DNA from: Smithellaceae bacterium
GTDB lineage: Bacteria; Desulfobacterota; Syntrophia; Syntrophales; Smithellaceae
Assembly: GCA_963667845.2 (NCBI GenBank)
Contig: CAXXVL010000002.1
Span: forward strand, 2,208,001-2,272,000
Direction: 5' to 3'
Length of the DNA: 64,000 bases
Shown: positions 9,604-19,822 of the stretch, piece after piece
Numbering within the stretch: the stretch's first letter is position 1
How the letters are laid out: every line of letters begins with the position of its first letter
Made by a program: the position numbers and the translations under genes
The notes under the pieces: model-generated
What the model was told of the DNA's origin: nothing
The model's input: the letters and a program-made list of their open reading frames with translations, nothing else
Databases searched by the model: none

Positions 9604-11958
9604 CTACCTGGCGAGGTAGTAATACCGGTTCAAATCGAACAATCCGGAGTTTACAGGTTCATCCTCATAAAATCGCTTTTGAAACCAGTCATAGGTATCC
9701 CAGAGCCGGTCTTCCGCCCGGTTGACGCCGTATCTGGCCAGTCTTGCATCGTTTCCCGGGCTCTTCTTGAAATGAGCCAGGAGATCCAGAAAGTCGGGCA
9801 GGTCTTCTTCCCGGACATCAAAAAAGTAGTTGGGATAGGACCCGATGAGGCCGCCGATAAAATCGGCGCTGTCTTTGGATACATCGAGCTCGGCCTTTTC
9901 ACCGAACAAATGGGTGACATTGCTGTGCCATTGATTGATCACGATGGAGATGGCCAGGTCTTTGCCGCTTTTCAGGCGGATCCTCATGTAGGCCACTTTG
10001 ATCTGGTGATCTTTCATCAATGTGAAAAACGGCATGCCGGGTCTGGATATGGCGCGAAAGGCCCTGAGGATGTCAACCTTCGTAGCGCTTCTATCAGGCA
10101 GACCGGGATTGACAACAGCTCCCCGTTCATAATTTACCTCATCAAAGGTGATACGGGTTGCCGGAGAAAGGTGCCGGTTCACCATATATTCGATGAACTC
10201 CCGTGTGGGTTCGTTTGTCACAAAGGAGATTTGCGTCGGCATTGTGGAGGGATAATAGTCAATTTTTTTGAGATCAATTCCCTTGTACCACGATTGCATG
10301 AGCTCCTGCCGCGAGGCCGCCGGCAGGAAATCCAGAAAGTAACTCTCGCCCTCGACACGCAGCTGATCCATATAGAGCCTGAGCGCGAGCTGGTGGCCTG
10401 CCGTGCCGTACACGTCAAAGCCGGCAACCAGTGCGTAATAGATGCGCTCCAGCAGCGGATAGTCCACGACCCACATTGTTTTCGGCAGATTCCCGATGAC
10501 CCCTTTATGGACGGATGCGCTGTCAAAATGGCGGTAGACGGTCAAAAGCGGCGCATCGGCGGCCTTGTTTCCCTTCCACAGGGATTCATAGCCGAGGCCG
10601 GCATAGTGATGAGACGTGTAATAGTCCTGCCGCGCTTTATAAAACTCCACGGCGGCTTTTTTATATTCGTCGGTCATTGCATTGAAGACGCGCATATCAG
10701 AGCCGATTTCAATCGGCATGCGCAGCTTGTCGTTGTGCAGCCTGAGAAAGGCCGGATACGTAACGCCGAGATCGTATTCGGGATCGAGAAACATGACCCA
10801 GAAATGATCGTTGATCACATTGAGGGCGATTTGACCCTTGCAGACCGGGCCGTGGATGAAGGTCATGATGATGTACTGCGAGTTGTCCAAAAGAAACTGA
10901 TAGCGCGACCGCGGGGGGATCTGTTCAAAGGCGACAAAGGGATTGGCGCTCATTTTCTTGTCATATCCTACTGTATGCGGATGCTGCAGCCACTGGGGCT
11001 TGATAAAAAGCTCCCGGATGCGCTCAAGCTTCGCGTCATCGAGGTCAAAGACCATATGTGTCTTATGGACGATGGTGGAGTGGATCTTCCGGAAGCGATA
11101 GTAGACGCGTTCCACGCCGGGGTCGTCATAGGGACGCACGGTGGCGATCAGGTCTGCGGGCTGGCCGGACGGGGTCTTCGAGCGGAACAGTTCATAGAAT
11201 TCGTTCGTGGGGGTTCCGAATTTAATATGGGCCAGAAACAGATGCTCATAGAGATAGCGCGCGGTCACGGCGTGCTTGGCGTCGTCCTGGTTCAGAAAAG
11301 TTTCCCACTGTGCAATGGCCTGCGCATCGCCGGCTTTTGGTGTGATCAGCATCTCCTGCTCATTGGCATCCGGCCCTTTCGCGCCCTGCGTAAGCCAGCC
11401 CGCAATGATGTCGAATTCTTCGGGCTTGAGTGCGGGAAATCCGAAAGGCATGCCGTTGTTCGGGTGTTTTTCCAGATACCCTCCAAGCTCTTCGGGGTTT
11501 TGGGAACAGGTCAGATCGTCGGCTTCAGACTTATACTCTCCGACGCTTTTCGGATTATTGATCTTGTGGGAAAGAATCTCGATCATGATGGAATCGTTTA
11601 TCCCGCCTGAGGCTTTGCTTTCGGTCACGCTGAAAAATTCTTTCCGGCGCCATTCTTCGGTTGATTGGGCGTCCGTGAAGAGACGGGTCGGATCCATGGA
11701 TCTCAGTCGCGAGCCGTTGTAAACGGCCTTTTTTGTCGCGCCGCGATCAGCGCCCTCAAAAGAATCGAGCTTCAGCTGGCAGGGTGAATTATAGCAGGAA
11801 TGGCATACCGCACAGCGCCTGTCCAACAGCGGTTTTACCTCTTTCATGTAATCGACAGGCTTTGCCGGCATCTGGAAAACAACGGGCATGGGCGCTTTGG
11901 ACGCGCAGGCGGCAATGAGCGCAGCCATGACTAAAACAATTGCTATCTTATTCTTCAT
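9604..11958 (-). CDS. cti: fatty acid cis/trans isomerase (cytochrome c-type lipoprotein)
   Basis: Lipobox LIAA-C; heme motif RCAVCHSC; ARYLYEHLFLAH, FIHGPVCKGQIALNVINDHFWV, RHFDSASVHKG, GLFDLNRY. Confidence 0.93.
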   Translation of the reverse strand: MKNKIAIVLVMAALIAACASKAPMPVVFQMPAKPVDYMKEVKPLLDRRCAVCHSCYNSPCQLKLDSFEGADRGATKKAVYNGSRLRSMDPTRLFTDAQSTEEWRRKEFFSVTESKASGGINDSIMIEILSHKINNPKSVGEYKSEADDLTCSQNPEELGGYLEKHPNNGMPFGFPALKPEEFDIIAGWLTQGAKGPDANEQEMLITPKAGDAQAIAQWETFLNQDDAKHAVTARYLYEHLFLAHIKFGTPTNEFYELFRSKTPSGQPADLIATVRPYDDPGVERVYYRFRKIHSTIVHKTHMVFDLDDAKLERIRELFIKPQWLQHPHTVGYDKKMSANPFVAFEQIPPRSRYQFLLDNSQYIIMTFIHGPVCKGQIALNVINDHFWVMFLDPEYDLGVTYPAFLRLHNDKLRMPIEIGSDMRVFNAMTDEYKKAAVEFYKARQDYYTSHHYAGLGYESLWKGNKAADAPLLTVYRHFDSASVHKGVIGNLPKTMWVVDYPLLERIYYALVAGFDVYGTAGHQLALRLYMDQLRVEGESYFLDFLPAASRQELMQSWYKGIDLKKIDYYPSTMPTQISFVTNEPTREFIEYMVNRHLSPATRITFDEVNYERGAVVNPGLPDRSATKVDILRAFRAISRPGMPFFTLMKDHQIKVAYMRIRLKSGKDLAISIVINQWHSNVTHLFGEKAELDVSKDSADFIGGLIGSYPNYFFDVREEDLPDFLDLLAHFKKSPGNDARLARYGVNRAEDRLWDTYDWFQKRFYEDEPVNSGLFDLNRYYYLAR

Positions 11959-11989
11959 GAATGAACTTTGTCCTTAAGGTTGCGATCTC

Positions 11990-12020
11990 GTGAATGGTGG
12001 ATAGTGGATAGTGAATGGTG
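11990..12020. repeat. short heptamer tandem array (GTGGATA/GTGAATG)
   Basis: GTGAATG GTGGATA GTGGATA GTGAATG GTG. Confidence 0.7.
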
Positions 12021-12039
12021 ATCCGCCCTTGGGAGCGCG

Positions 12040-12072
12040 AGGGTGAAGCGCGCGATAGATACGCTTCACCCT
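12040..12072. terminator. intergenic hairpin downstream of OmpA-vWA gene
   Basis: AGGGTGAAGCG ... CGCTTCACCCT 11-bp stem; no clear U-tract on the coding strand. Confidence 0.4.
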
Positions 12073-12082
12073 TCACGTTTTT

Positions 12083-13288
12083 TTATTGCATGACGATTTC
12101 AAAAAGAACTCTCATGTTGGCCTTTGCTTCTTTGGAGTAAATCTCTTTGGGCGCGGCCTCATACATCGCCGGGTCCGTTTCGCCGTAGCCGATTGTTGAA
12201 AGTCTGCTGGGTGTGATGATCCCTTCGTTAATGAGGTATTGCTCGACAGCTGCTGCTCTTCTTTCGCTTAACGCCTGATTATAGGCATCGGTGCCGGAAG
12301 CAGACGTATATCCTGCAATGCGCACTTTGGCGTTAGGGTTATCCTTCAGCATCTGGATGTTCCTCTTCAGAATCACCTGTGCTTCCGGTTTGAGGGTCGC
12401 CTTATCGAAATCAAAGTGGATGTCCTCAAAAGCAAGGACGATGACCTTTTTCTCCGCCACGGCGGTAACGACTTTTTCCTGTGTGACCGGCTCATCCGGA
12501 ACGATAACAATCTTCTCCACCGGCTTGGCAACGTACTGCTGATAGCGGCGACAATTTCCGGAGATGACATCTTCCACAAAAGCGGCCATGATTACCGGAT
12601 TTTCCAATTTGGTGGCATTGACGTTGTAGGCGCCGGCAACATTCTGCACAATCTGTTCGGAAAGGTCTTTTCCGCTTTGCGAATACCCTAACTGGATGGT
12701 ATAAACGCAGAGCCTGTCGCCATATTCCGCATTTATTTTGGCGATGGAGTCTACGATAACTTCGTTACTAATGTCCGCTTTGTTTTTGATGTCGCCTTTA
12801 ACCGGACTCATGGTAAAATCACTGACAACAATAAGGGCCGAATTACCCGACGCCCCCCGGAGATCATTGCCTGCCGCCGTGATGGCTTTTCCAAGATCTG
12901 TTCTGCTATTGACCATTTCGATGGAATTGACTTCTTTCTTATAGTCTTTTTTGACGAGCGGCGTCATTCCATAAATAAGATCAGTTCTTTCCGCCCAGAA
13001 GGTCCGCAGGCCTGCCGTCAACGGAATATCCGGAATCGTCGAAATCATGTTTTTTGTGGTATCTTTTGCATAGATCAGGCGGGTCGGATTGCCGGCTGAC
13101 CGTGTCTTGCCCTGCTGATCATTCATGGACGCTGATTTGTCAAACAGGACAACGAAATTGTTCGTTTTCTGGACCAATTGCCCCGAGTTAATCTTCGGAT
13201 TAAGGTCAACCGCTTTAAATGTCGCGCAACCGGTAATCAACAGAAAACACATCGACAAAAAAATTAATCCCAAACCTATTTTTCTCAC
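12083..13288 (-). CDS. OmpA-family lipoprotein with vWA-like N-terminal domain
   Basis: Lipobox LITG-C; VVLFDKSASM (DxSxS MIDAS-like); IHFDFDKA...LSERRAAAV...GYGE OmpA_C. Confidence 0.88.
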   Translation of the reverse strand: MRKIGLGLIFLSMCFLLITGCATFKAVDLNPKINSGQLVQKTNNFVVLFDKSASMNDQQGKTRSAGNPTRLIYAKDTTKNMISTIPDIPLTAGLRTFWAERTDLIYGMTPLVKKDYKKEVNSIEMVNSRTDLGKAITAAGNDLRGASGNSALIVVSDFTMSPVKGDIKNKADISNEVIVDSIAKINAEYGDRLCVYTIQLGYSQSGKDLSEQIVQNVAGAYNVNATKLENPVIMAAFVEDVISGNCRRYQQYVAKPVEKIVIVPDEPVTQEKVVTAVAEKKVIVLAFEDIHFDFDKATLKPEAQVILKRNIQMLKDNPNAKVRIAGYTSASGTDAYNQALSERRAAAVEQYLINEGIITPSRLSTIGYGETDPAMYEAAPKEIYSKEAKANMRVLFEIVMQ

Positions 13289-13327
13289 AACAGTACCCTC
13301 TAATATATTTGTTCATTAAGGTTCATT

Positions 13328-13426
13328 AATCCCGCTCATGCGGGACGAGCGTTAGTTCTCCGCAGCTTGCCGCGAAATAATAACGTTCACTTCTTACCCC
13401 GACAGCTTGCTGCGAGGTGGTTGATT
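13328..13426 (+). repeat. ~100-bp dispersed palindromic repeat, copy 2
   Basis: Colinear with copy 1 from AATCCCGC to GGTTGATT. Confidence 0.9.
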
Positions 13427-13480
13427 CACGGCCGGCGGGGCATTGATCCTGCAATCTTTTTAGCCTGGGACTGCCTCCGG

Positions 13481-13511
13481 TCCCGTGATCACCCTTGCGG
13501 GGATCACGGGA
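13481..13511. terminator. intergenic hairpin
   Basis: TCCCGTGATC ... GATCACGGGA 10-bp stem just after the stop at 13534. Confidence 0.4.
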
Positions 13512-13533
13512 TACCCGTCACGGTTCACTTTAT

Positions 13534-13842
13534 TCACGGATGAATAAAGATGGGCGGGAAAAAGATTCCAATGCCCGGAGGAGGCGGCGGCACAAAAACG
13601 ACCGGTGGCGGCGGATAATAGACGCGCTCCCGGTGGCCATAGTAATCGTAAGGCCGGTAATCGGGTCTTGATTGCTTATATTGGCCGCGATGACGGCCAT
13701 TGTCATGCTTGTTATAAGATTTACGGTCTTTATCCGCGAGGGCCGGCGCCGCAGTAATACCGCCGATCAGGGTGATTAAGACAAGCCCCACCATGATCTT
13801 GCCCGCTATGGATTTGAAACTCCATTTGCGTGTTGTTTTCAT
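13534..13842 (-). CDS. small secreted Pro-rich hypothetical protein
   Basis: GGAG RBS before MKTTRKW; signal peptide ending APALA; YYPPPPVVFVPPPPPGIGIFFP tail. Confidence 0.75.
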   Translation of the reverse strand: MKTTRKWSFKSIAGKIMVGLVLITLIGGITAAPALADKDRKSYNKHDNGRHRGQYKQSRPDYRPYDYYGHRERVYYPPPPVVFVPPPPPGIGIFFPPIFIHP

Positions 13843-13908
13843 AAAATTACTCCATTTCTGGATCGATTCCAATCGCCTGCGAGGCGTCAATCTTTAGTAT
13901 GTTAGAAA

Positions 13909-14406
13909 TTATTTTCCGCTCTTGCCGTGTCGCTTATGCTTTCCATATCTTCCCGTCCGGAATGTTGTATCGACAATGTTCTTCTGTCCATCCGACAAAC
14001 TGTCATAGAAGGCCTCGAAAGGCGGAATGAGTTTGTTGATTTGATCCAAATGGGCCTGGGTAACCTGGCTGTGGAATTTCATATGCTCGACAGCGTTCAT
14101 CGCCTTAGTGTTTTCAGCCCTGTCCTTGTTGACGGCGTCCATGTCTTTCGCATTTTCCCGCATCACCTGCGTCAGGTTATCCCATAAGGGTTGCTGGGCC
14201 TCGGTGATATTCAGCGTATCTTGAAGCTTTTTGATCTGGGTCTCCGTATACTCGACGGCTGAGGTTCGCATCATGCTGTGCGATTTCTTCTGCCCTGTGG
14301 CGGCCGAAGAAATGTTGGCATTGGCTAAGAAGATGGCGGATAGAAACACCGCCGTCACCAAAACGAGTGTCATTCTGAAAACAACTGGATAAGTCTTTCT
14401 TTTCAT
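13909..14406 (-). CDS. Spy/CpxP-family (LTXXQ) periplasmic protein
   Basis: Signal peptide; LNITEAQQPLW and FYDSLSDGQK motifs. Confidence 0.8.
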   Translation of the reverse strand: MKRKTYPVVFRMTLVLVTAVFLSAIFLANANISSAATGQKKSHSMMRTSAVEYTETQIKKLQDTLNITEAQQPLWDNLTQVMRENAKDMDAVNKDRAENTKAMNAVEHMKFHSQVTQAHLDQINKLIPPFEAFYDSLSDGQKNIVDTTFRTGRYGKHKRHGKSGK

Positions 14407-14553
14407 ACGTGGTCTCCTTTTAATTTTGATCTCCAGTGCCGACAGGCACTAAAGGTTATCAAACTGGCTACTCAATTTTCGCACATTAGAAGCATCTAAT
14501 ACGTGCGCTGTATTTAACTTCGCCGCTCAGCAATCCCTTGTTTGCGATTCCTT

Positions 14554-14997
14554 TCATTCGGGTTTCTGCTTAACAATGACTGCCTTGGGGTGGAGATTGT
14601 CATCAACGAGTCTGTAAAAAAGTTCAACGTATTGCTTATCTCCGAACAGAGAGATCTTGATGACTACCTTGGTGACATCCACGCTATTTTCCAGCGGCAG
14701 GACATCGATGTGCATGGGAACCTTTCCTTTTGTTTCGAGGGAATATCCTTCATTCGGCGCCGATTTAGTCACCGTCGCTTCGAGTTTTAGCCGGTCGGAA
14801 GCCTGCATCACGGCCCGGTCGGTTGTGTCGACATCGAAGGCGTAATATTTTGTCGCTTTGCCGCTTTTCCAGACGACATAACCCTCGTAGGCGGATCCCA
14901 CAACCGGAAGAAAGGGTATAAGCGGGATCACGGCACAGCCCGCTAATGAAGCGATCATTAGAAACAGGGCAAGGCGTTGGAATATTCTATTTCTCAT
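14554..14997 (-). CDS. lipoprotein (DUF3568-like)
   Basis: Lipobox LAG-C; TKVVIKISLFGDK C-terminal motif. Confidence 0.6.
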   Translation of the reverse strand: MRNRIFQRLALFLMIASLAGCAVIPLIPFLPVVGSAYEGYVVWKSGKATKYYAFDVDTTDRAVMQASDRLKLEATVTKSAPNEGYSLETKGKVPMHIDVLPLENSVDVTKVVIKISLFGDKQYVELFYRLVDDNLHPKAVIVKQKPE

Positions 14998-15015
14998 AAC
15001 TGTTCCCTTTTCAGC

Positions 15016-16521
15016 TCACCGGCTGTCGGCACTGCGCCACTCAACGGCGCCGAACCCGGGTTCGCCAAGCAATGTGTAAACGAGGCTGACGGTTCCCACG
15101 GTCTGGTAACTGTCGGGCTGGTCGGGATAACGCGCATCACGAAGGGACGCGACGTATTGGAGCCCGAGAGCGTGCCTGCCGTATACGCGAACCGTTAATC
15201 CCGTGTTCAGACGGCCGATGACCTCCCGTCCCCCCGGGTCATCGCTGCCGACGCCGCTCAAATAATAGCCGCGTCCCGTCAAGTCGATCATGGCCCGGTC
15301 TCCCATGACGAGGCGGAGCGCCAGGAGCCCCTGCGGTGCGACGCCGTAGTGGTAATCGCGCTGGCCAACAACCTGGGTGATATTGCCGCCGGCGGCGTAG
15401 CCGACGCCGCCTAAAGCCGATCCCTGGAGCGCTACTGCCTTGGAGAGCCACCATTGAAAGGTCGTGCCGAGAGAAAGGGAGGTGCTGGAGACACGGAACA
15501 TATGCGGCGATATATAGTCATAGCCGCCATAGAGTCCCCATATTCCGCGATAGGAATTGCCGGCCTTGTAATCCTTTCCGATAAGCAAGCCGCGGATCAT
15601 GACATTCTCGAAAAAGTTGTCCCTGGTGCCGAGGCTGGTCAGTTCAAAATGGAAGTAGTCGAAGGGGCGCTTGTAGCTGTAGCCGGGTTTTCCGGGAAGT
15701 CCGTAGGCCATGATGAAGTCTGCGGATGCCTCGGTCCGATTGACGGTGCTTGAGTCGCCGCGGTCATTCAGAGTCGAGGTCAGGCTGACGCCCAGCCTGA
15801 GACGCCAGAAGGTGGCCGGATCATGGCTGGGATAGATGGCTTTGAAGCGGTCTCCAAACGCAAAACGGTTGATCCCCGTGGGGGGTGAGATCGCTGTCGC
15901 AAAAAGCTCACGCCAGAGGCCCGGTTTTTCTCCATTGCCTTCCAGGACCAGGCCCGCCATGCGAAAGAGCGCCTCGCCGAAGAAGCTTCCGCCGATACCG
16001 CTCGCGATCTGATCGTTGATGGAAGGATTGGTGGTTTCACCGGCCGTTTCCCAGAGAAAACTACCCAGGTTCGTATACACGAGCGATTCCCAATAATTGA
16101 GACCGGCCGAGCGCGCGAATCCCTGGTACATGGATCCCTGATACGGATGGTTGAACTGGTTCATGGAGAAGGCATCGCGGTCGATGCCCCAGGGCCCGTG
16201 GATGAGGTGATCCCAGAAAGTGGACGGATTTGTGTCATAGACTTTTTTCCCGTTCTCCATCTCGTTGGGATAAGCAAACCGGTCGTATACATTGAGGAGA
16301 AGAAGGAAGGTCGGGATTTCCAGAGCCGGAATAAGATAGCTCTTGCCCTCGCCCGTCTCCCAGTTCAGCGCCTTTGTTGTCTTCCCGTCTTTTTCGGTGC
16401 TGAACGCTTGATTACTCTTAACGGAATCCGGGGTGCCGCCTTCCTGGGCTGTCGCCCAGCCGGCGGCCGAGATTCCGATACCCACAATAATCACAGCAAG
16501 TATTGTCCGGAGTGGTCGCAT
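15016..16521 (-). CDS. DUF3943-domain outer-membrane protein
   Basis: Signal peptide; MNQFNHPYQGSMY..FARSAG...WETAGETTNPSINDQ; start overlaps the csbD stop (TAATG). Confidence 0.82.
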   Translation of the reverse strand: MRPLRTILAVIIVGIGISAAGWATAQEGGTPDSVKSNQAFSTEKDGKTTKALNWETGEGKSYLIPALEIPTFLLLLNVYDRFAYPNEMENGKKVYDTNPSTFWDHLIHGPWGIDRDAFSMNQFNHPYQGSMYQGFARSAGLNYWESLVYTNLGSFLWETAGETTNPSINDQIASGIGGSFFGEALFRMAGLVLEGNGEKPGLWRELFATAISPPTGINRFAFGDRFKAIYPSHDPATFWRLRLGVSLTSTLNDRGDSSTVNRTEASADFIMAYGLPGKPGYSYKRPFDYFHFELTSLGTRDNFFENVMIRGLLIGKDYKAGNSYRGIWGLYGGYDYISPHMFRVSSTSLSLGTTFQWWLSKAVALQGSALGGVGYAAGGNITQVVGQRDYHYGVAPQGLLALRLVMGDRAMIDLTGRGYYLSGVGSDDPGGREVIGRLNTGLTVRVYGRHALGLQYVASLRDARYPDQPDSYQTVGTVSLVYTLLGEPGFGAVEWRSADSR

Positions 16522-16700
16522 TATTTCCCCCAAACCTTTTTGACCTGACCCATCTTTTCCTGAGCAAGGCCGGCTATCTTTTCACCGGCGCCTTCAGCTT
16601 CCAGCTTTGAACTATCGGTTAGTTTACCGGCGGCTTCCTTGAGCTTTCCCTTCATCTGGTGAAATTTGCCTTCCGCTTTGTCTCGTGTACTTGATTTCAT
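16521..16700 (-). CDS. csbD: CsbD-family general stress protein
   Basis: MKSSTRDKAEGKFHQMKGKLKEAAGKLT...LEAEG..EKIAG..QEKMG; AGGAG RBS. Confidence 0.88.
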   Translation of the reverse strand: MKSSTRDKAEGKFHQMKGKLKEAAGKLTDSSKLEAEGAGEKIAGLAQEKMGQVKKVWGK

Positions 16701-16744
16701 GATCTTTATTCTCCTTTGGAATTTCGATTGATTTGCCGGTCTGT

Positions 16745-16966
16745 TCAAACTTTCCTGTATCCCACAACCAGCAGCACGATGCCGCCGGCGAGCGCAAGAC
16801 CTCCCAGAATAGGCGGCAGAGGAATCGTTTTGGACTTCTCGGCCGTCATCTGGATGGGTCCGATATCAACAACTTTTTCTCTGGTCGTATAGGTAATGCC
16901 CTGGTACGCGAGTGCCGCTACCCCCAGAACGATCAGGACGATTGCAATGATGATCCTTAGTCTCAT
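16745..16966 (-). CDS. small membrane protein (DUF3185-like)
   Basis: Two TM helices around YTTREKVVDIGPIQMTAEKSKTIPLPP; GGAGG RBS. Confidence 0.75.
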   Translation of the reverse strand: MRLRIIIAIVLIVLGVAALAYQGITYTTREKVVDIGPIQMTAEKSKTIPLPPILGGLALAGGIVLLVVGYRKV

Positions 16967-17056
16967 AAAACCTCCCCTTTCCCTGGCGTAAGTAAAACTG
17001 GCCGTGTTAAAAAAATCTTTCAGACACACACGTGTTCGCTTTTGGCCGCCGCAAAT

Positions 17057-17299
17057 CTAAAACGGCGTAAGCGATGACAAATAGGCCTTGCGGTATTCAC
17101 CCGCGAAGGTCACCGCATTCTCATTCTTATCTTTAGCGGCCCTATCTCGCTTGTGTTCCCTGATCGGATGTGTTCCAACCGTTATCCATCCTGTGCTGCG
17201 CCTGAATTTAACAATGTTCCCGGCTGCAATCAGGCTGTCCAGCACACCATCCTGGACGTAATCATAGCGATCGTCTCTGCGAATAACCTGCATCAGCAT
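17057..17299 (-). CDS. small conserved deltaproteobacterial protein (GSU3473-like)
   Basis: MLMQVIRRDDRYDYV...LDSLI..GNIVKFRRSTGWITVG.HPIR pattern. Confidence 0.7.
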   Translation of the reverse strand: MLMQVIRRDDRYDYVQDGVLDSLIAAGNIVKFRRSTGWITVGTHPIREHKRDRAAKDKNENAVTFAGEYRKAYLSSLTPF

Positions 17300-17357
17300 A
17301 TTCTTGCCTTCCGCATCGTCTATTCATCCGTGACGGACCGTCGGTCCGGCAATCGGA

Positions 17358-18116
17358 CTACTCGATCGTTATCCGGTTATTGACGATCTTCACGCCGTTC
17401 ACGTCGCCCGCGAATTTGCCGGCCAGGTCTTTTTCAGCGGTGCTGCCGGCCTTGCCGTACATGGTCACCACGCCGTCTTTTGTCTCGACTTTCGTGTTGA
17501 GGGCGGAAGTTGAGCGGTGGTACAGCAGCGTCATTTTGACCTGGGCGGTGATGGAAGAGTCATCGATGTTTTCGTCTATCGTTTGCGTTCTATTCGCGGT
17601 CCCGGCTACAGTCATTTTATTATTGACGCCTTTAACCCCTTTCACGTCCCTGGCGTATTCAGCCGTCAGATCCCTTTGCGCCCCGCTTAAAGCGTCCCCG
17701 CGCAGCGTTACGATGCCGTTGCTGACATCAATTGTGGTTGTATCGGCGCTCACGCTGCGATGAAACAAGAGGGTGGTTCTCACTTTATTCCGAATCCAGA
17801 CATCCGAGTCGGTGACCGGGGACGTTCCCTTGATCTCCAGCCGATTATCGACGCTCTTGACACCGGGGAGTCCTGCTACGGTTTCATAGGCCAGCGACTT
17901 GTGGACATGGTCGGCGACGATCCCGGTCAGCGTGACGGCGCCTTCTTGCGAGTCGATGGTGATATCATCACCCTGAAGATAGGTTTTGAATATGTAGGAC
18001 TGTCTGGCGGATGATTCAATCCGGCTGTCCATCTCCGACGCCTGGACGGGAATGTTCAGCATCAGCAATGTCGCCGCTGCCGCCAGTAAAGAAAGGGAAG
18101 ATATTTTTCTTTTCAT
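17358..18116 (-). CDS. BON-domain (OsmY-like) protein, three BON repeats
   Basis: Signal peptide; repeated GxVTLxG...GVKxVxNxL; DDSSITAQVK. Confidence 0.9.
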   Translation of the reverse strand: MKRKISSLSLLAAAATLLMLNIPVQASEMDSRIESSARQSYIFKTYLQGDDITIDSQEGAVTLTGIVADHVHKSLAYETVAGLPGVKSVDNRLEIKGTSPVTDSDVWIRNKVRTTLLFHRSVSADTTTIDVSNGIVTLRGDALSGAQRDLTAEYARDVKGVKGVNNKMTVAGTANRTQTIDENIDDSSITAQVKMTLLYHRSTSALNTKVETKDGVVTMYGKAGSTAEKDLAGKFAGDVNGVKIVNNRITIE

Positions 18117-18218
18117 TGTTCATTCTCCTTTTGCGGTTGCCGTTGTTTTCTGAAGGATGAGCACCAACGGCTTCATCTCTTTGGAATCCCGGCTAGGCTG
18201 GATCACACGTGATGTAAT

Positions 18219-18235
18219 AGCAAGGAGCCTGCCAA
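18219..18235 (-). promoter_or_regulatory. sigma54 -24/-12 promoter P3
   Basis: Minus strand reads TTGGCAGGCTCCTTGCT. Confidence 0.87.
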
Positions 18236-18333
18236 CAGCCGAAAGATAATCAGCAGTATGGATTCATCCTTCAATAACGTGCGGTTGGACGATCAGGAAG
18301 AGCGGTCCCGCAAGGATGAGAGCATTCGTCCGG

Positions 18334-18367
18334 CCTCCACATTTGGTGGAGCCGCCATATGCTGAGG
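18334..18367. promoter_or_regulatory. tandem palindromic enhancer (UAS) for P3
   Basis: CCTCCACATTTGGTGG-AG-CCGCCATATGCTGAGG, 99 bp from the promoter edge. Confidence 0.78.
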
Positions 18368-18492
18368 GATAAATTGAGAAGGGAAGGGGCAACCGCAGAT
18401 TCCTGATGGGTCCTGAAGAATACTGCGGATGCCGATGGTGCGCAAATTGGACGGGCGCTAGAGTCCGGATGTCGCATCCGGTGATGAAACGT

Positions 18493-18522
18493 ATAGAGAC
18501 AGGTCGCGGGACCTGTCTCTAT
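18493..18522. terminator. 13-bp perfect hairpin after ompA, separating the P4 unit from P3
   Basis: ATAGAGACAGGTC-GCGG-GACCTGTCTCTAT. Confidence 0.6.
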
Positions 18523-18566
18523 GAAATTCGTTGGAAACTTTTCCGGGTCCAAAACCCGATGCTTAT

Positions 18567-19640
18567 TTATTTCACGACAATTTGAAAAAGAACCCTCATG
18601 TTCGCCTTTGCCGCTTTGGAGTATAGTTCTTTCGGCGCCGCTTCATACATGGCCGGGTCTGTTTTGCCGTAACCGATAGTGGAAAGCCTGTCGGGCGCAA
18701 TGATGCCTTCGCTGATGAGATAATCCTCGACAGCCTTTGCTCTTCTTTCGCTTAACTTCTGGTTATACTCTTCCGTGCCGGAGGCAGAGGTATACCCCGC
18801 AATGCGGACTCTGGCTTTCGGGTTATCTTTCAGAAGCTGGATATTCCTTTTCAGGATCACCTTCGCTTCCGGTTTGAGGGTGGACTTGTCAAAATCAAAA
18901 TGGATGTCTTCAAAAGCAAGGATGATGATCTTAGGCTCGGTTGCGGCTTCGGCAACCTTCTCCTCAACTTTTGGTTCCGCCGCCACCACAATCACGACCT
19001 TCTCGGGTGCGGGCGCGGGTGCAGGTTCGGCGATCGGTTCACTCTTCGCAGCCCGGGCCGGTTTGGCCCCGCCGAACGAGAAAGCGATACCTGCGGTAAC
19101 ACCGATATTATGGAAGGTCTCCTGGAAAACCTCGGTAACGATATAATCCTGAACATCAACTCTGAGCGCAATATTCTCCGTCAGTGCGAATTTCGCGCCG
19201 ACGCCGACATTAAAGGCTGCCATCTCTCTATCCGATAACGATGGACTGTAGTGGGCGCCTCCGAAACCGACAACGATAAAGGGAGTGAGTCTGTAATCGG
19301 GAAGGATGTGGACGATGGCATCGAGATGATAAAAATAAAGGTCCTCTCTGTCCCTGGGATATCCGAACTGTCCTTCCGTATTATCCATCTTGTTCTTGTC
19401 GTCGACGTTCGTCCTTAAGAACTGCCCGGCGACTTCGACACCAACGTATTTAGTGAAATTGTAACCGAGCCGTGCGCCGAAGACGGGCGCATTTTTCAGA
19501 TTCTGCTGGTGTTCGAAGAAATTGTAACCTGCGTATGGATTCACTTCAAAGCTTCCCGCCCTTATCTCGGCACCGGCAGACAAGGGGAGTAAAAGAACAA
19601 GGGCAGCTATGATCATCACTGCACGATAGATTGGTTTCAT
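18567..19640 (-). CDS. OmpA-family outer-membrane protein (beta-barrel + OmpA_C)
   Basis: Signal peptide; barrel strands (FGARLGYNF, FNVGVGAKF); EPAPAPAP linker; IHFDFDKS...LSERRAKAV. Confidence 0.92.
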   Translation of the reverse strand: MKPIYRAVMIIAALVLLLPLSAGAEIRAGSFEVNPYAGYNFFEHQQNLKNAPVFGARLGYNFTKYVGVEVAGQFLRTNVDDKNKMDNTEGQFGYPRDREDLYFYHLDAIVHILPDYRLTPFIVVGFGGAHYSPSLSDREMAAFNVGVGAKFALTENIALRVDVQDYIVTEVFQETFHNIGVTAGIAFSFGGAKPARAAKSEPIAEPAPAPAPEKVVIVVAAEPKVEEKVAEAATEPKIIILAFEDIHFDFDKSTLKPEAKVILKRNIQLLKDNPKARVRIAGYTSASGTEEYNQKLSERRAKAVEDYLISEGIIAPDRLSTIGYGKTDPAMYEAAPKELYSKAAKANMRVLFQIVVK

Positions 19641-19822
19641 TGTATGTCCTCCTTTATGTGGTCACGTATTTGTTACCTGTATGGCGTCTTTAAAAAGACG
19701 CATGAATGTCATGGTACCCAAAGAGCGCGTCGCTTAAGCAGGGCAAAAAGGGGACAGACCCCAATGATGAAAAGAGCCTGTCTTCCTTTTTGCCCGCTTT
19801 TCTCTTGCCAGTCCCCTATGCC

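Noticed and set aside
9547..11610. 687-aa plus-strand ORF
   Set aside because: Antisense shadow of cti with no recognisable motifs; expected from codon bias.
13451..13466. sigma54-like GG...TTGC upstream of the OmpA-vWA gene
   Set aside because: GG-GC spacing is 11 nt rather than the required 10.
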